64,000 nucleotides of DNA, from the NCBI RefSeq assembly GCF_056746865.1, contig NZ_CM163382.1. The stretch is one strand, 5' to 3'. The notes beneath the pieces are model-generated. The model did no database searches. It saw nothing but the letters and a program-made list of their open reading frames with translations, and had not been told where the DNA came from. How positions within the stretch are numbered: the first letter of the stretch is position 1; every line of letters starts with the position of its first letter. Positions 27,254-37,030 of this stretch are shown here, one piece after another. Made by a program: the position numbers and the translations under genes.

Positions 27254-27769
27254 TTACTGGCTGCTGATATCAAAAACCGGTGTTTCTCCGGCGATGACCG
27301 GGCCGGAGAACAGGGTTATCTCCTGGACACGGTCAGAGTCCGCCACAATCACCGGTGTCAGCGTGGACTGTGCTTTCTGCTGAAGTAACGCAAGGTCAAA
27401 CCCGATGACGGGGTCACCGGTGCTGATCAGCTGGCCTTCCTGGGCAATACGCCGGAAACCCTCTCCCCTGAGGTCAACTGTGTTAATACCGAAGTGCACG
27501 AACAGTTCAGTGCCACTGTCGGTGCGGATGGAAAACGCGTGGTTTGTCTCCAGTATTTTACCGATAGTGCCGCTGACAGGAGCCATCAAGGTATCGCCGC
27601 CGGAAGGACGGATAGCAATACCATCCCCCACTATTTTCCCGGCAAACACAGCATCCGGAACCGTGTCCAGAGGGACAATTTCACCGGACAGCGGTGCCAT
27701 CACGCGGGTGACTTCCGCCGGTTTCTCATTTTCACTTATCAGTTGTTTAATCCTGCCCAGTAATCCCAT
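27254..27769 (-). CDS. PTS EIIA component, glucose family (Crr-like)
   Basis: MGLLGRIKQ...VFAGKIVGDGIAIRP...GKILETNHAFSI...ELFVHFGINTV resembles E. coli Crr. Confidence 0.8.
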   Translation of the reverse strand: MGLLGRIKQLISENEKPAEVTRVMAPLSGEIVPLDTVPDAVFAGKIVGDGIAIRPSGGDTLMAPVSGTIGKILETNHAFSIRTDSGTELFVHFGINTVDLRGEGFRRIAQEGQLISTGDPVIGFDLALLQQKAQSTLTPVIVADSDRVQEITLFSGPVIAGETPVFDISSQ

Positions 27770-27832
27770 TGTGCTTTCCTTCATTACGGGTGAACCGAAA
27801 GTACTGCCGTCACCGACGGCAGTGGAATTATT

Positions 27833-29263
27833 TCAGGCCAGCGTCCACAGTGAGCCGTCCGTCAGCACAGCCTCGCCGTGAGCTGCATATAGCGACAACC
27901 GGCGGGTTCCGGGCTGCGGGTAAATACGGCTGGACAGGGTGGCATCGCCATCGTTAACGAACACTTCCACCGATGAACGGTCCAGGAAAACCCGTAGCGT
28001 CAGATATTCTGCGCCAGGCAGCGCGATACTGCGGTAACCGTCCAGCCCCTCATCCGGGTAGTGACGCCAAAGCACCAGCCGTCCTGCCTGGTTATCCACA
28101 TACAGCCGGAGCCCGTCTCCCAGGTGGATGCCGTAATGCTCTGCCTGACTGTCGAGGGTATGCCACGTCAGCACCAGTTCCACGGCCTGTGCGTCCTCAG
28201 CCAGCAACTGCGTGCCACTGAGCCTTACAGGGTGTAACGGCTGGCACGTCCCGCGAAGGGATTCGGCTTCGCGAACCGGACGCTGACACAGACGACCATG
28301 GCGTTCAAAAAGTTCCCTCGGCAGGGTCAGACATCCGGCCCAGGCCTCACGCTTTGTAGGCATCGGGGAGTCCCACATATTCATCCAGGCCATGATGATG
28401 CGCCGTCCGTCCTCCGCGACCAGGGACTGCGGGGCATAAAAATCATGACCGTGATCCAGTTCTTCAAATGCCCCGCTCAGGGCAAAGGCGGCCCCCGGCT
28501 GCCAGTGACCCGGTAAAACTCCGCTCTGAAAGCGGTTGCGGAACCGGTATCCGCCGGGCGTCATCCCCTGCGGGGAGAACATCAGCCAGTGATGGTCGCC
28601 ACAGCGGAAAAAGTCCGGACATTCCCACATATAGCTTTCTCCGGCTGCCGACTGCGCTAGAACCCGTTCCTGGCGCCAGTCCCGCAGGGATGTGCCGCGA
28701 TACAGCAGCACCTGACCGGTGTCAGAGGTATCCCGCGCGCCGATAACCATCCACCAGTATCCCCCTTCCCGCCAGACCTTCGGGTCACGGAAATGCATGA
28801 TGCCTTCCGGTGGCGTCAGCACGCAGCCCTGTTTCTCAAAGTGAATGCCGTCACGGCTGGTTGCCAGACACTGGACTTCGCGGATGATGCTGTCATCCCC
28901 CCGATCCTCCAGACAGAGATGACCGGTGTAGATAAGCGACAGCACGCCGTTGTCGTCCACTGCGCTGCCGGAAAAACAGCCATCCCGGTCATATTCATCA
29001 CCGGGTGCCAGCGCAACCGGCTCATGCTGCCAGTGCAGCATGTCCGGACTGGTGGCATGTCCCCAGTGCATCGGCCCCTGATGTTCACTTGCCGGATGGT
29101 GCTGAAAGAATGCGTGATAGCGACCGCTGAAATAAATAAGCCCGTTCGGATCATTCATCCATCCGGCAGGTGGAGCCAGATGAAAAACCGGGTACCAGGT
29201 ATCACCACGACGGGCGCGGAGTGTATCAAGTGCAACCTGTGCAGAGGCAAGACGCTGTTTCAT
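27833..29263 (-). CDS. rafD: GH32 sucrose/raffinose hydrolase (invertase; RafD/ScrB/CscA family)
   Basis: WMNDPNGL, FRDPKVW and ECPD GH32 catalytic motifs. Confidence 0.8.
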   Translation of the reverse strand: MKQRLASAQVALDTLRARRGDTWYPVFHLAPPAGWMNDPNGLIYFSGRYHAFFQHHPASEHQGPMHWGHATSPDMLHWQHEPVALAPGDEYDRDGCFSGSAVDDNGVLSLIYTGHLCLEDRGDDSIIREVQCLATSRDGIHFEKQGCVLTPPEGIMHFRDPKVWREGGYWWMVIGARDTSDTGQVLLYRGTSLRDWRQERVLAQSAAGESYMWECPDFFRCGDHHWLMFSPQGMTPGGYRFRNRFQSGVLPGHWQPGAAFALSGAFEELDHGHDFYAPQSLVAEDGRRIIMAWMNMWDSPMPTKREAWAGCLTLPRELFERHGRLCQRPVREAESLRGTCQPLHPVRLSGTQLLAEDAQAVELVLTWHTLDSQAEHYGIHLGDGLRLYVDNQAGRLVLWRHYPDEGLDGYRSIALPGAEYLTLRVFLDRSSVEVFVNDGDATLSSRIYPQPGTRRLSLYAAHGEAVLTDGSLWTLA

Positions 29264-30552
29264 AAGCGAACCTCCGTCTGTGCTGTAGCGGTTTCTGCTG
29301 ACGGGGCAGCCGTTTTACGGGTACTGCTCAGGGTGAAAGCCGATAACACGGTGACCGCAAGGACAATACCGCCCAGAACCAGATAGGTGTTCTGGAACCC
29401 CATGCGGTCATACAGGTGACCTGCAAAGGTTGAGAGGAATATCGCCGCCAGTTGTTTGGAGAACTGAAAGCCAATCAGATAAATGGTGGCCGACAGCCGG
29501 GTATCAAACACGCCGGTGATATACTTGAACGCACCAACCAGCAGGAATGGGACTTCAAGGGCATGCAGCATTTTCAGGATCACCACTTCAGTAGCCGTGG
29601 TGGCAAAGGCCGACCCTGTGATGCGGATGGTCATAATCAGACCCGCGACAAGCAGTGTGTTTTTGGCACCAATGCGGTTGATTATCCAGGGGGAGCAGAA
29701 CATGATGATGGCATTGCAAATCTCGCCAGCCGTGGTGGCAAAACCAAATGCCCGGATCCCCGCCTGCGGCGTGTCAAAAAATGCACGGAAGAACGTGGCA
29801 AACTGCTGGTCAAACACGTCATAGACGCAGGCCACCCCAATCATGTAAAGCACGAACATCCACATCTGACGCATACGAAACAGACTGAACACCATTCCGG
29901 CGGAAATCACGGGCGAGTTGGCACCCAGCGCATTCATGACCATCGCTGTCTGACTGGTTCCGGGACGCGCCAGCGCCACCAGAAGGACCAGCAGCAATGC
30001 GCAGCCGGACCCCATCCAGAATACCAGGGACGGATCCACGTTGAAAAGCAGCCCTGCCGTGGTGGCACACAGCGCCCAGCCCAGACAGCCGAACATCCGG
30101 GCCTTACCGTATTCAAATCCGCTGCTGCGGCTGACACGTTCAATATAGGCTTCGATGGCACCGGCTCCCGCAGAAAAAACGAAGCCGATAAAAATCCCGC
30201 CGCTCAGTGCTCCGGCCCAGATGTTGAACCGCAGCAGCGGCGCAAAAACGTACAGAAAGAACGGTGCAAACAGGACCAGCAGCAGGCTGATGATCCACAT
30301 CAGGTGTTTTTTCAGGCCAAGACGGTCTGAGATGACCCCCAGCAGCGGCTGGAAGCTGATGGCAAACAGGGAGAGGCATGAAAAAACAATCCCGGTATCC
30401 GTTTTACTCAGCCCCACAATGTCTGACAGCCAGACGGGCAGAAACGGGAAACAGGTTGCCATGATGAAAAAGTAGAGAAAAAAGAACAGACCAAATATCC
30501 AGAAATCGGGGTTTTTATGAGTACTGACAGTATTCATTATTGTTATCCTCAC
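29260..30552 (-). CDS. rafB: LacY-family oligosaccharide:H+ symporter (raffinose permease RafB-like); start may be the ATG at 30537
   Basis: 12-TM MFS protein with strong similarity to LacY (NPDFWIFGLFFFLYFFI...). Confidence 0.8.
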   Translation of the reverse strand: MRITIMNTVSTHKNPDFWIFGLFFFLYFFIMATCFPFLPVWLSDIVGLSKTDTGIVFSCLSLFAISFQPLLGVISDRLGLKKHLMWIISLLLVLFAPFFLYVFAPLLRFNIWAGALSGGIFIGFVFSAGAGAIEAYIERVSRSSGFEYGKARMFGCLGWALCATTAGLLFNVDPSLVFWMGSGCALLLVLLVALARPGTSQTAMVMNALGANSPVISAGMVFSLFRMRQMWMFVLYMIGVACVYDVFDQQFATFFRAFFDTPQAGIRAFGFATTAGEICNAIIMFCSPWIINRIGAKNTLLVAGLIMTIRITGSAFATTATEVVILKMLHALEVPFLLVGAFKYITGVFDTRLSATIYLIGFQFSKQLAAIFLSTFAGHLYDRMGFQNTYLVLGGIVLAVTVLSAFTLSSTRKTAAPSAETATAQTEVRL

Positions 30553-30591
30553 GGGACTGAGTGCAGGGAGCCGTGACCGGCTCCGGTCCTT

Positions 30592-32718
30592 TTATGCCAA
30601 ACGTTCAAGGGCAATCAGCATGGCGCTTTCCGGATCCAGTACGGGAAGCTGAATACCGGCCTGCGCCAGCCATTCCCCACTGATGTCGGAGGTCTGGTTC
30701 ATCCAGCCGGGCAGCCTGCGCATGGTATGCCCGCCTTCACCGACCAGCTGAATATCCGGATGGTCAACAACACGAAGCCGGTAACGGGCCTGTGGTGCCA
30801 GCCCCGGAAAACGTAGAGCACCCGGCAGGGTGTGATCCGGCATGGCAAGCTGGCTCACCAGGAAGAGCGCCTGCGACTGATCCGGGCTGACCACCCCCTG
30901 CACCTGTGTCGCCGCATCCGGCATATCCACCCGCCATAGGGTGCCCGTGTGGATAAGCTGCCGCCATTCTTTGTAGAGCGAGGCATAGCGGCGGTAACCG
31001 GCGGATTCCTCTTCTCCGGCCGTTACCGGATCCAGCTCCAGTCCCATATGACCGAACAGGGCCGTCAGACCGCGAAAGGCAATGCTGTGCTGCCGGAAGG
31101 TGGCATGGCAGCGATGATGACCGATGTGTGCCCCCATAACCTCCGGCGGGAAAAAGTAACTCATGCCACGCTGTATGGTGCAGCGCTCCAGGGCGTCATT
31201 GTTGTCAGAAGCCCAGAAGCGGTGCGTGCGGGTCAGAACCTCAAAGTCGATACGTCCACCGCCGGAAGCGCAGGACTCAAACTCAACACGGGGAAAACGT
31301 TCGCGCAGGAGATCCAGCAGCCGGTAAAACTGACGGGTCTGCGCGTCCGCCGCCGCCCGACCTTCATGCCCGGCCTGGACCAGCTCGCGGTTCATGTCCC
31401 ATTTCACATAGTCAACTGGGTGTTCGCCCAGCAGCCATAAACAGCGTTCATAAATGTAAGCAAAGGCCTCAGGAATGTTCAGGTTGAGAACATACTGATG
31501 TCTCCCGGTTGGTTGTGTGTACCCCGGCATTGACAGTACCCAGTCAGGATGGCGGCGAAAGAGGTCAGAGTCCGGGTTAATCATTTCCGGTTCCACCCAG
31601 ATACCGAACTCCATGCCGAGTGATTTCACATGGTTAATCACCGGCATCAGTCCGTCCGGATACTTCTGTTCATCCAGATACCAGTCGCCCAGAGCCGCAT
31701 GGTCATCATTGCGTCCCTTAAACCAGCCGTCGTCGATAATGAAACGTTCAACGCCAAGCGCTGCCGCACGTCCGGCCATCTGCATGATGTAGTTCGGGTC
31801 GTGGTCAAAATAAATACCTTCCCAGGTATTGAGGTGCACCGGACGGGGTTTCTGCTCAGGAAAACGGATGATTTCATCGCGCAGAAAACGGTGGTACTGC
31901 TGACTCATACCATTGAGCCCCTCCGGGGAATAGCTGGCGTACAGCCACGGCGTGTACACGGTCTCATCCTTCTTCAGGGCTTTTTCTCCGGGCATCCACA
32001 GTGCTTCCGCCTGGAGGTAACGCCGTCCGTCAGTTTTGACCTCACATTTCATGCGATGGTTGCCACTCCAGCCCAGATGTACGGCCCACACCTCGCCCTG
32101 CTGTTCTGAGAAACCGGGGGCACCGGCAATCAGTGCCGGAAAATGCTCATGGGACGTGCGGCCCCGGCGGTTCTCCAGCACAAAACCGTCATGTGTGAGA
32201 CGGACCCTGTGCGGCTGAAACTCACGAGTCCAGCGTCCGTGGAAGGCCATGACTTCCTCTGCCCTTTCAGCCACAGGGAGCGTGATGGCGAAGCGGTTCA
32301 CCTGCCAGTCCCCTTCACGGAGGTTCGTCAGGGCATGACGCATCTTCAGCACACCGGACGATGTCAGCACCAGTTCACTGACCATGCGCAGACCCGCCAC
32401 TGCATCCTCACTGGTCAGGGTGAGTGATTCTCCGGCCTGTACCACGCTGATGGTACGGAACACAGGGGACGCATCCAGCCCGTTGCGGTGTCCCTCCAGC
32501 CCCGGCGAGCCAAAAAGTCCCGCGCCGTTTTCGGCCATCAGCGTCAGTGGGGTGTCGGTATCCAGACGACCATTCGCAACCGGCCTTTCCAGGCTGATAC
32601 AGTCATCCGGTGAAAAGTGTTTCAGGGTGGATCCCCACCAGACAATCTCTGCATACGGGTGGGTTTTAATAATCAGGTCTGAGTGGGGACTGGTCAGCCT
32701 GCGGTACATCGGTTCCAT
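30592..32718 (-). CDS. rafA: GH36 alpha-galactosidase (RafA-like)
   Basis: 708-aa protein; KWDMNR and CASGGGR segments of family 36 alpha-galactosidases. Confidence 0.8.
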   Translation of the reverse strand: MEPMYRRLTSPHSDLIIKTHPYAEIVWWGSTLKHFSPDDCISLERPVANGRLDTDTPLTLMAENGAGLFGSPGLEGHRNGLDASPVFRTISVVQAGESLTLTSEDAVAGLRMVSELVLTSSGVLKMRHALTNLREGDWQVNRFAITLPVAERAEEVMAFHGRWTREFQPHRVRLTHDGFVLENRRGRTSHEHFPALIAGAPGFSEQQGEVWAVHLGWSGNHRMKCEVKTDGRRYLQAEALWMPGEKALKKDETVYTPWLYASYSPEGLNGMSQQYHRFLRDEIIRFPEQKPRPVHLNTWEGIYFDHDPNYIMQMAGRAAALGVERFIIDDGWFKGRNDDHAALGDWYLDEQKYPDGLMPVINHVKSLGMEFGIWVEPEMINPDSDLFRRHPDWVLSMPGYTQPTGRHQYVLNLNIPEAFAYIYERCLWLLGEHPVDYVKWDMNRELVQAGHEGRAAADAQTRQFYRLLDLLRERFPRVEFESCASGGGRIDFEVLTRTHRFWASDNNDALERCTIQRGMSYFFPPEVMGAHIGHHRCHATFRQHSIAFRGLTALFGHMGLELDPVTAGEEESAGYRRYASLYKEWRQLIHTGTLWRVDMPDAATQVQGVVSPDQSQALFLVSQLAMPDHTLPGALRFPGLAPQARYRLRVVDHPDIQLVGEGGHTMRRLPGWMNQTSDISGEWLAQAGIQLPVLDPESAMLIALERLA

Positions 32719-32811
32719 AAGACATCTCCGTTTTCGGGTATGCCTTACTGTTGATCCGAATCGTTTCGGATAGCAACCGAAACGATTCGAATTTGTGAGC
32801 GGGATTAAAAA

Positions 32812-33822
32812 TCAGGCGGAGGGAGCAAGCGTTGTCTTGCCAGGATGAAATTCCGGCTGCCAGAGTACTTGTAGCATTTCAGGTGAAACATTCGTGACCA
32901 GCTGGCGTATCATGTCGTCAATCTGACGACCGACGCGATGTCGTGTTGACTGAAGAACTGCAGCCACATCCTGTTCAATAATACTGTCCTGCGGCAGACC
33001 ATCATAAACCACAAGAGAGACGGCATCCTCTCCGGACAGATGACCGGATAACTGCAGCGACATGGCCGCGCCATCACCGATCAGGTCACTGTCGGTAATA
33101 ATGGCCGTCGGGGGAAGCGGAAGTGACATTAACTCAGTCACTGCCTGGAAACCTGAGCGTCGGGTGGGAGAGACCCGGCGTAGCCAGGTCTCAGGCAGAC
33201 CATGTTCACTCAGGGCATCGCGCCATCCCTGACGTCGTGCAGTGACATAGGCACGGGAGTTGTCCTCACTCAGCAGGGCAATTCGCTGATGGCCCAGGGC
33301 AATCAGGTGCTGTGTGGCCTGCCAGGTTCCTGCATGGTTATCAAAGTCAAACCAGGCACAGGGAAGACCGGACGGCACCTGACCGAGTGCCAGAAACGGA
33401 ATACCGGCCTCCTGCAGGTGTGTAAGACGCGGGTCATTATCCATCGTGTGCGCCACGATAAGGGCATCAACCCGGCGGCTTTCGACCAGACGCATATAGC
33501 TGTGGCTGTCAGCCCGTTCATCATCGGCTATCAGCAGTAAGTCAATATCATGGCGGGCCAGTTCCCGGCTGATACAACTGACCATATCCACAAACACACT
33601 ACTGCTGAACAGTACAGCATGTTCAGGGAAGACCAGGCCGACCGCATCGGTTTTACCGGTTTTGAGACGTCTTGCCAGGGTATTCGGGCGATAACCACGA
33701 CGCCGAGCTTCCGCTTCTACACGTGCACGGGTCGAAGCGGAAACGTCCGAAAATCCGCCAAGCGCCCGGCTGACTGTGGTGACAGAGATCCCGAGTTCGG
33801 CGGCGATAGCCTTGAGTGACAT
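32812..33822 (-). CDS. rafR: LacI-family transcriptional repressor (RafR-like)
   Basis: N-terminal HTH LKAIAAELGISVTTVSRAL plus periplasmic-binding-fold effector domain. Confidence 0.8.
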   Translation of the reverse strand: MSLKAIAAELGISVTTVSRALGGFSDVSASTRARVEAEARRRGYRPNTLARRLKTGKTDAVGLVFPEHAVLFSSSVFVDMVSCISRELARHDIDLLLIADDERADSHSYMRLVESRRVDALIVAHTMDNDPRLTHLQEAGIPFLALGQVPSGLPCAWFDFDNHAGTWQATQHLIALGHQRIALLSEDNSRAYVTARRQGWRDALSEHGLPETWLRRVSPTRRSGFQAVTELMSLPLPPTAIITDSDLIGDGAAMSLQLSGHLSGEDAVSLVVYDGLPQDSIIEQDVAAVLQSTRHRVGRQIDDMIRQLVTNVSPEMLQVLWQPEFHPGKTTLAPSA

Positions 33823-34156
33823 ATTTTCTCCTGCGGATAACTGAACAGCCCTGTCCCTGATGCGGGTGATCCGGGCAACAAACCTGACAGAGACGCCTGC
33901 ATAAGTGGTCGCGCTGTACCAGTATGAGCCTCCATCATCCTGATTTGTGTATTAACTTTCAATACCGGAGGACGATTTGATTACCGGTTGTTAGCAGGAG
34001 TGCGAATATTAGACCGACGGTGGAGATCTAAGACTCAGTGAGCATAGCGATACACTATATTACTGTAATTAAGCCAGTAAACTTCCTGTTCACTGGCTTA
34101 AACGCTAATGATGTATGCAGTTGAACAAGCTTTTAAACTAATGATTAATTGATATA

Positions 34157-35245
34157 TAGACTGGCCCCCTGAATCTCCAGACAATCAATATCACTTAAAT
34201 AAGTGATAGTCTTAATACTAGTTTCTAGACTAGTCATTGGAGAATAGATGATTGATGTCTTAGGGCCGGAGAAACGCAGACGGCGTACTACACAGGAAAA
34301 GATCGCTATTGTTCAGCAGAGCTTTGAACCGGGAATGACGGTCTCCCTTGTTGCCCGGGGATGGGGAGTAAGCTTAGTCAGCCGTTGTCTCCGGGTGTCG
34401 CGTGCGCAGTTGCACGTCATTCTCAGACGAACCGATGACTGGAAAGATGGTCGCCGCAGCCGTCACTCAGATGATACGGATGTGCTTCTCCGTATACACC
34501 ATGTTATCGGAGAGCTGCCCACGTATGGTTATCGTCGGGTATGGGCGCTGCTTCGCAGACAGGCCGAACTTGATGGTATGCCTGCTATCAATGCCAAACG
34601 TGTTTACCGGATCATGCGCCAGAATGCGCTGTTGCTTGAGCGAAAAACCGCTGTACCGCCATCGAAACGGGCACATACTGGCAAAGTGGCCGTGAAAGAA
34701 AGCAATCAACGATGGTGCTCTGACGGGTTCGAGTTCCGCTGTGATAACGGAGAAAAACTGGGGGTCACGTTCGCGCTGGACTGCTGTGACCGTGAGGCAC
34801 TGCACTGGGCGGTCACTACGGGCGGCTTCGACAGTGAAACAGTACAGGACGTCATGCTGGGAGCGGTGGAACGCCGCTTCGGCAGCGAGCTTCCGACATC
34901 TCCAGTGGAGTGGCTGACGGATAATGGTTCATGCTACCGGGCTAATGAAACACGCCAGTTCGCCCGGATGCTGGGACTTGAACCGAAGAACACGGCGGTG
35001 CGGAGTCCGGAGAGTAACGGCATAGCAGAGAGCTTCGTGAAAACGATAAAGCGTGATTACATCAGTATCATGCCCAAACCAGACGGGTTAACGGCAGCAA
35101 AGAACCTTGCAGAGGCGTTCGAGCATTATAACGAATGGCATCCGCATAGTGCACTGGGTTATCGCTCGCCACGGGAATATCTACGGCAGCGGGCCAGTAA
35201 TGGGTTAAGTGATAACAGGTGTCTGGAAATATAGGGGCAAATCCA
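34157..35245 (+). mobile_element. IS2 deletion derivative (1,089 bp instead of ~1,331 bp)
   Basis: IS2 ends TAGACTGGCCCCCTGAATCTCCAGACAA... and ...CTGGAAATATAGGGGCAAATCCA; internal deletion between two TTGCCCGG repeats. Confidence 0.85.
34248..35234 (+). CDS. IS2 InsC(1-37)::InsD in-frame fusion transposase created by the internal deletion
   Basis: [37 protein letters not shown] joined directly to [21 protein letters not shown]... (InsD). Confidence 0.8.
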   Translation: MIDVLGPEKRRRRTTQEKIAIVQQSFEPGMTVSLVARGWGVSLVSRCLRVSRAQLHVILRRTDDWKDGRRSRHSDDTDVLLRIHHVIGELPTYGYRRVWALLRRQAELDGMPAINAKRVYRIMRQNALLLERKTAVPPSKRAHTGKVAVKESNQRWCSDGFEFRCDNGEKLGVTFALDCCDREALHWAVTTGGFDSETVQDVMLGAVERRFGSELPTSPVEWLTDNGSCYRANETRQFARMLGLEPKNTAVRSPESNGIAESFVKTIKRDYISIMPKPDGLTAAKNLAEAFEHYNEWHPHSALGYRSPREYLRQRASNGLSDNRCLEI

Positions 35246-35440
35246 ATGGCGCAGATACGCTTGCGGATCGATACCATTCAGACAGCAGGTCCGTTCACTA
35301 CCGTAATCGCTGCCGAAGAACACATTGATTGCCCCTCAATAATCCTGCCGTCAACGTCAAAATTGCTGGTCGGGCTCGACTTATTTAATTGTGTAAACAG
35401 GGCCTCTCAGCGAAAGGCCCTTATGCATCACCTGACGTCG

Positions 35441-36007
35441 TTAAAAGTCACTACACCCAAGATGACGTTCAATGGCACCATGCGATTCAATGTAAGCCTG
35501 GGCCGTCTGTTCCAGTACACCAGGCTCAGCGTTGTATGTGTTAGCTGCATCAAATACCAACGACAGCACTTCAGGATACACAACCAGATGTGTAATGGAG
35601 TTATCTTCACCCAATACTTTTCCCCACGCCTGCTCAATCAGATTTCTGAGAGCCACCACCTCACGACTCTTACACCAGACATCGTTATTAAGTAGCAGTA
35701 CCATAAGATAAGGAGTGGTATCGTTAGCCACAGCTTCCCTACTCCAGAGATAATATAAAGGGGCGGGCTCAACAGATTTATCTTTACGTCGCTTGCACTG
35801 CAAATATTCAGAAATTAGTCTATGCAGTTCACCAGTAAAATCAGCCATCAGAGAGGGAATTGCCTTGTTCATACCTGGGCAAGGTATTAATTTAAATTGT
35901 AATAATTTAATTTTAGGATGTGTAGCTGCAGCCCGATACAGAGTTGCAAGGACATACTTTTGCCAGAGGGCGTTACAGGAAAGCTTAACGTTTGATTCTG
36001 TATACAT
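35441..36007 (-). CDS. Hypothetical protein (188 aa), AT-rich island gene
   Basis: ORF followed by a hairpin (35398-35422); no family recognised. Confidence 0.45.
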   Translation of the reverse strand: MYTESNVKLSCNALWQKYVLATLYRAAATHPKIKLLQFKLIPCPGMNKAIPSLMADFTGELHRLISEYLQCKRRKDKSVEPAPLYYLWSREAVANDTTPYLMVLLLNNDVWCKSREVVALRNLIEQAWGKVLGEDNSITHLVVYPEVLSLVFDAANTYNAEPGVLEQTAQAYIESHGAIERHLGCSDF

Positions 36008-36034
36008 AATAAATCACCTTACAGTTACAATAGG

Positions 36035-36649
36035 TCAAAAACCGCTGTAGCCAAAGTTACGCTGGCCTGATGCTTTAGTGTCGAGCTTCGTCAGATAATC
36101 CAGACGTGCCAATAAGCGCTGATATTGCTCAGGGAAATCAGGATCGTTAATATCCAGGATGTAACGTCCATTAGCAGGGAAATGAACTAGTCCCTGGTGA
36201 TCTTCCAGTTCTAACCCTAAGGCACTGTACCAGGCTCCGGTAATTAACCCTCTCAGGGTGTCAGAGCGCTCATAGTCTCCCAGGTGGTAATAGGCGTCTT
36301 TGTTAAAAAAAAGGCAGACGTGATAATGACATTTAAAGGACTGCGTATATTCTTTCGCCCAGATAATACAAACCGACGTTGCGTAGGTGCGTTTGCCTTG
36401 TTGTTTTTTACGGTGTTGATCTGCATTAATTTTCGCATTCAGCGAGTTACGGAAACGAGATATCTCTCCGGGACTCAGGTTAGGAAAACAGGTAATGGTA
36501 TCCCCGTTGTCAATCACGGGAGGATAATGGAGATCCACCCGTATTGCCGTTATTCTGGGATGTTTCTGGAAGAGGTTATTCACCTGGTTTCTTATTTTTA
36601 ACCCGTGAGCCTCATGACATTCACCGTAAAGAGTTTCAATCGTAATCAT
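36035..36649 (-). CDS. YagK/YfjJ-like (inovirus Gp2-type) prophage protein, tentative
   Basis: Size (~204 aa) and position match the yagK/yfjJ genes of CP4-type elements; family call from memory only. Confidence 0.45.
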   Translation of the reverse strand: MITIETLYGECHEAHGLKIRNQVNNLFQKHPRITAIRVDLHYPPVIDNGDTITCFPNLSPGEISRFRNSLNAKINADQHRKKQQGKRTYATSVCIIWAKEYTQSFKCHYHVCLFFNKDAYYHLGDYERSDTLRGLITGAWYSALGLELEDHQGLVHFPANGRYILDINDPDFPEQYQRLLARLDYLTKLDTKASGQRNFGYSGF

Positions 36650-36739
36650 GTTAATATTCCTTTTGCTTTCAGAGATAAGCTAATAGTTAACCTACCCAAT
36701 ACACAACAGAAGCAGATATTAATATTCGTATCAGTAGTT

Positions 36740-36845
36740 CCCAGAGGGATATATAACCCTCTGGGCGTCAATTAAGAAAAACGCTACTGCCTATTGTTAC
36801 ATTAGAGAACAGGATGATGTTACACAGTTACATTAGAACGTTCTA
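36740..36845. promoter_or_regulatory. Iteron/operator-like repeat cluster in a 380-bp AT-rich intergenic region
   Basis: Palindrome CCCAGAGGG-atatataa-CCCTCTGGG (36740-36765); direct repeats GTTACATTAGA(G)AAC at 36796 and 36827; 12-bp palindrome TAGAACGTTCTA (36834-36845). Confidence 0.45.
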
Positions 36846-37030
36846 AAACATTAAACAGAGTTATGATCTACACACAACTAATTATTTGGTATCAGAATAC
36901 CATTAGCTCTATTAGTACATCATATCCATCATTACACATATACTATACATCACAGATATAATATATATTACCTATCCAACGCACATGTATTTATAACTCC
37001 ATTGCCAATAGCTACAAGGACTATAAAATG

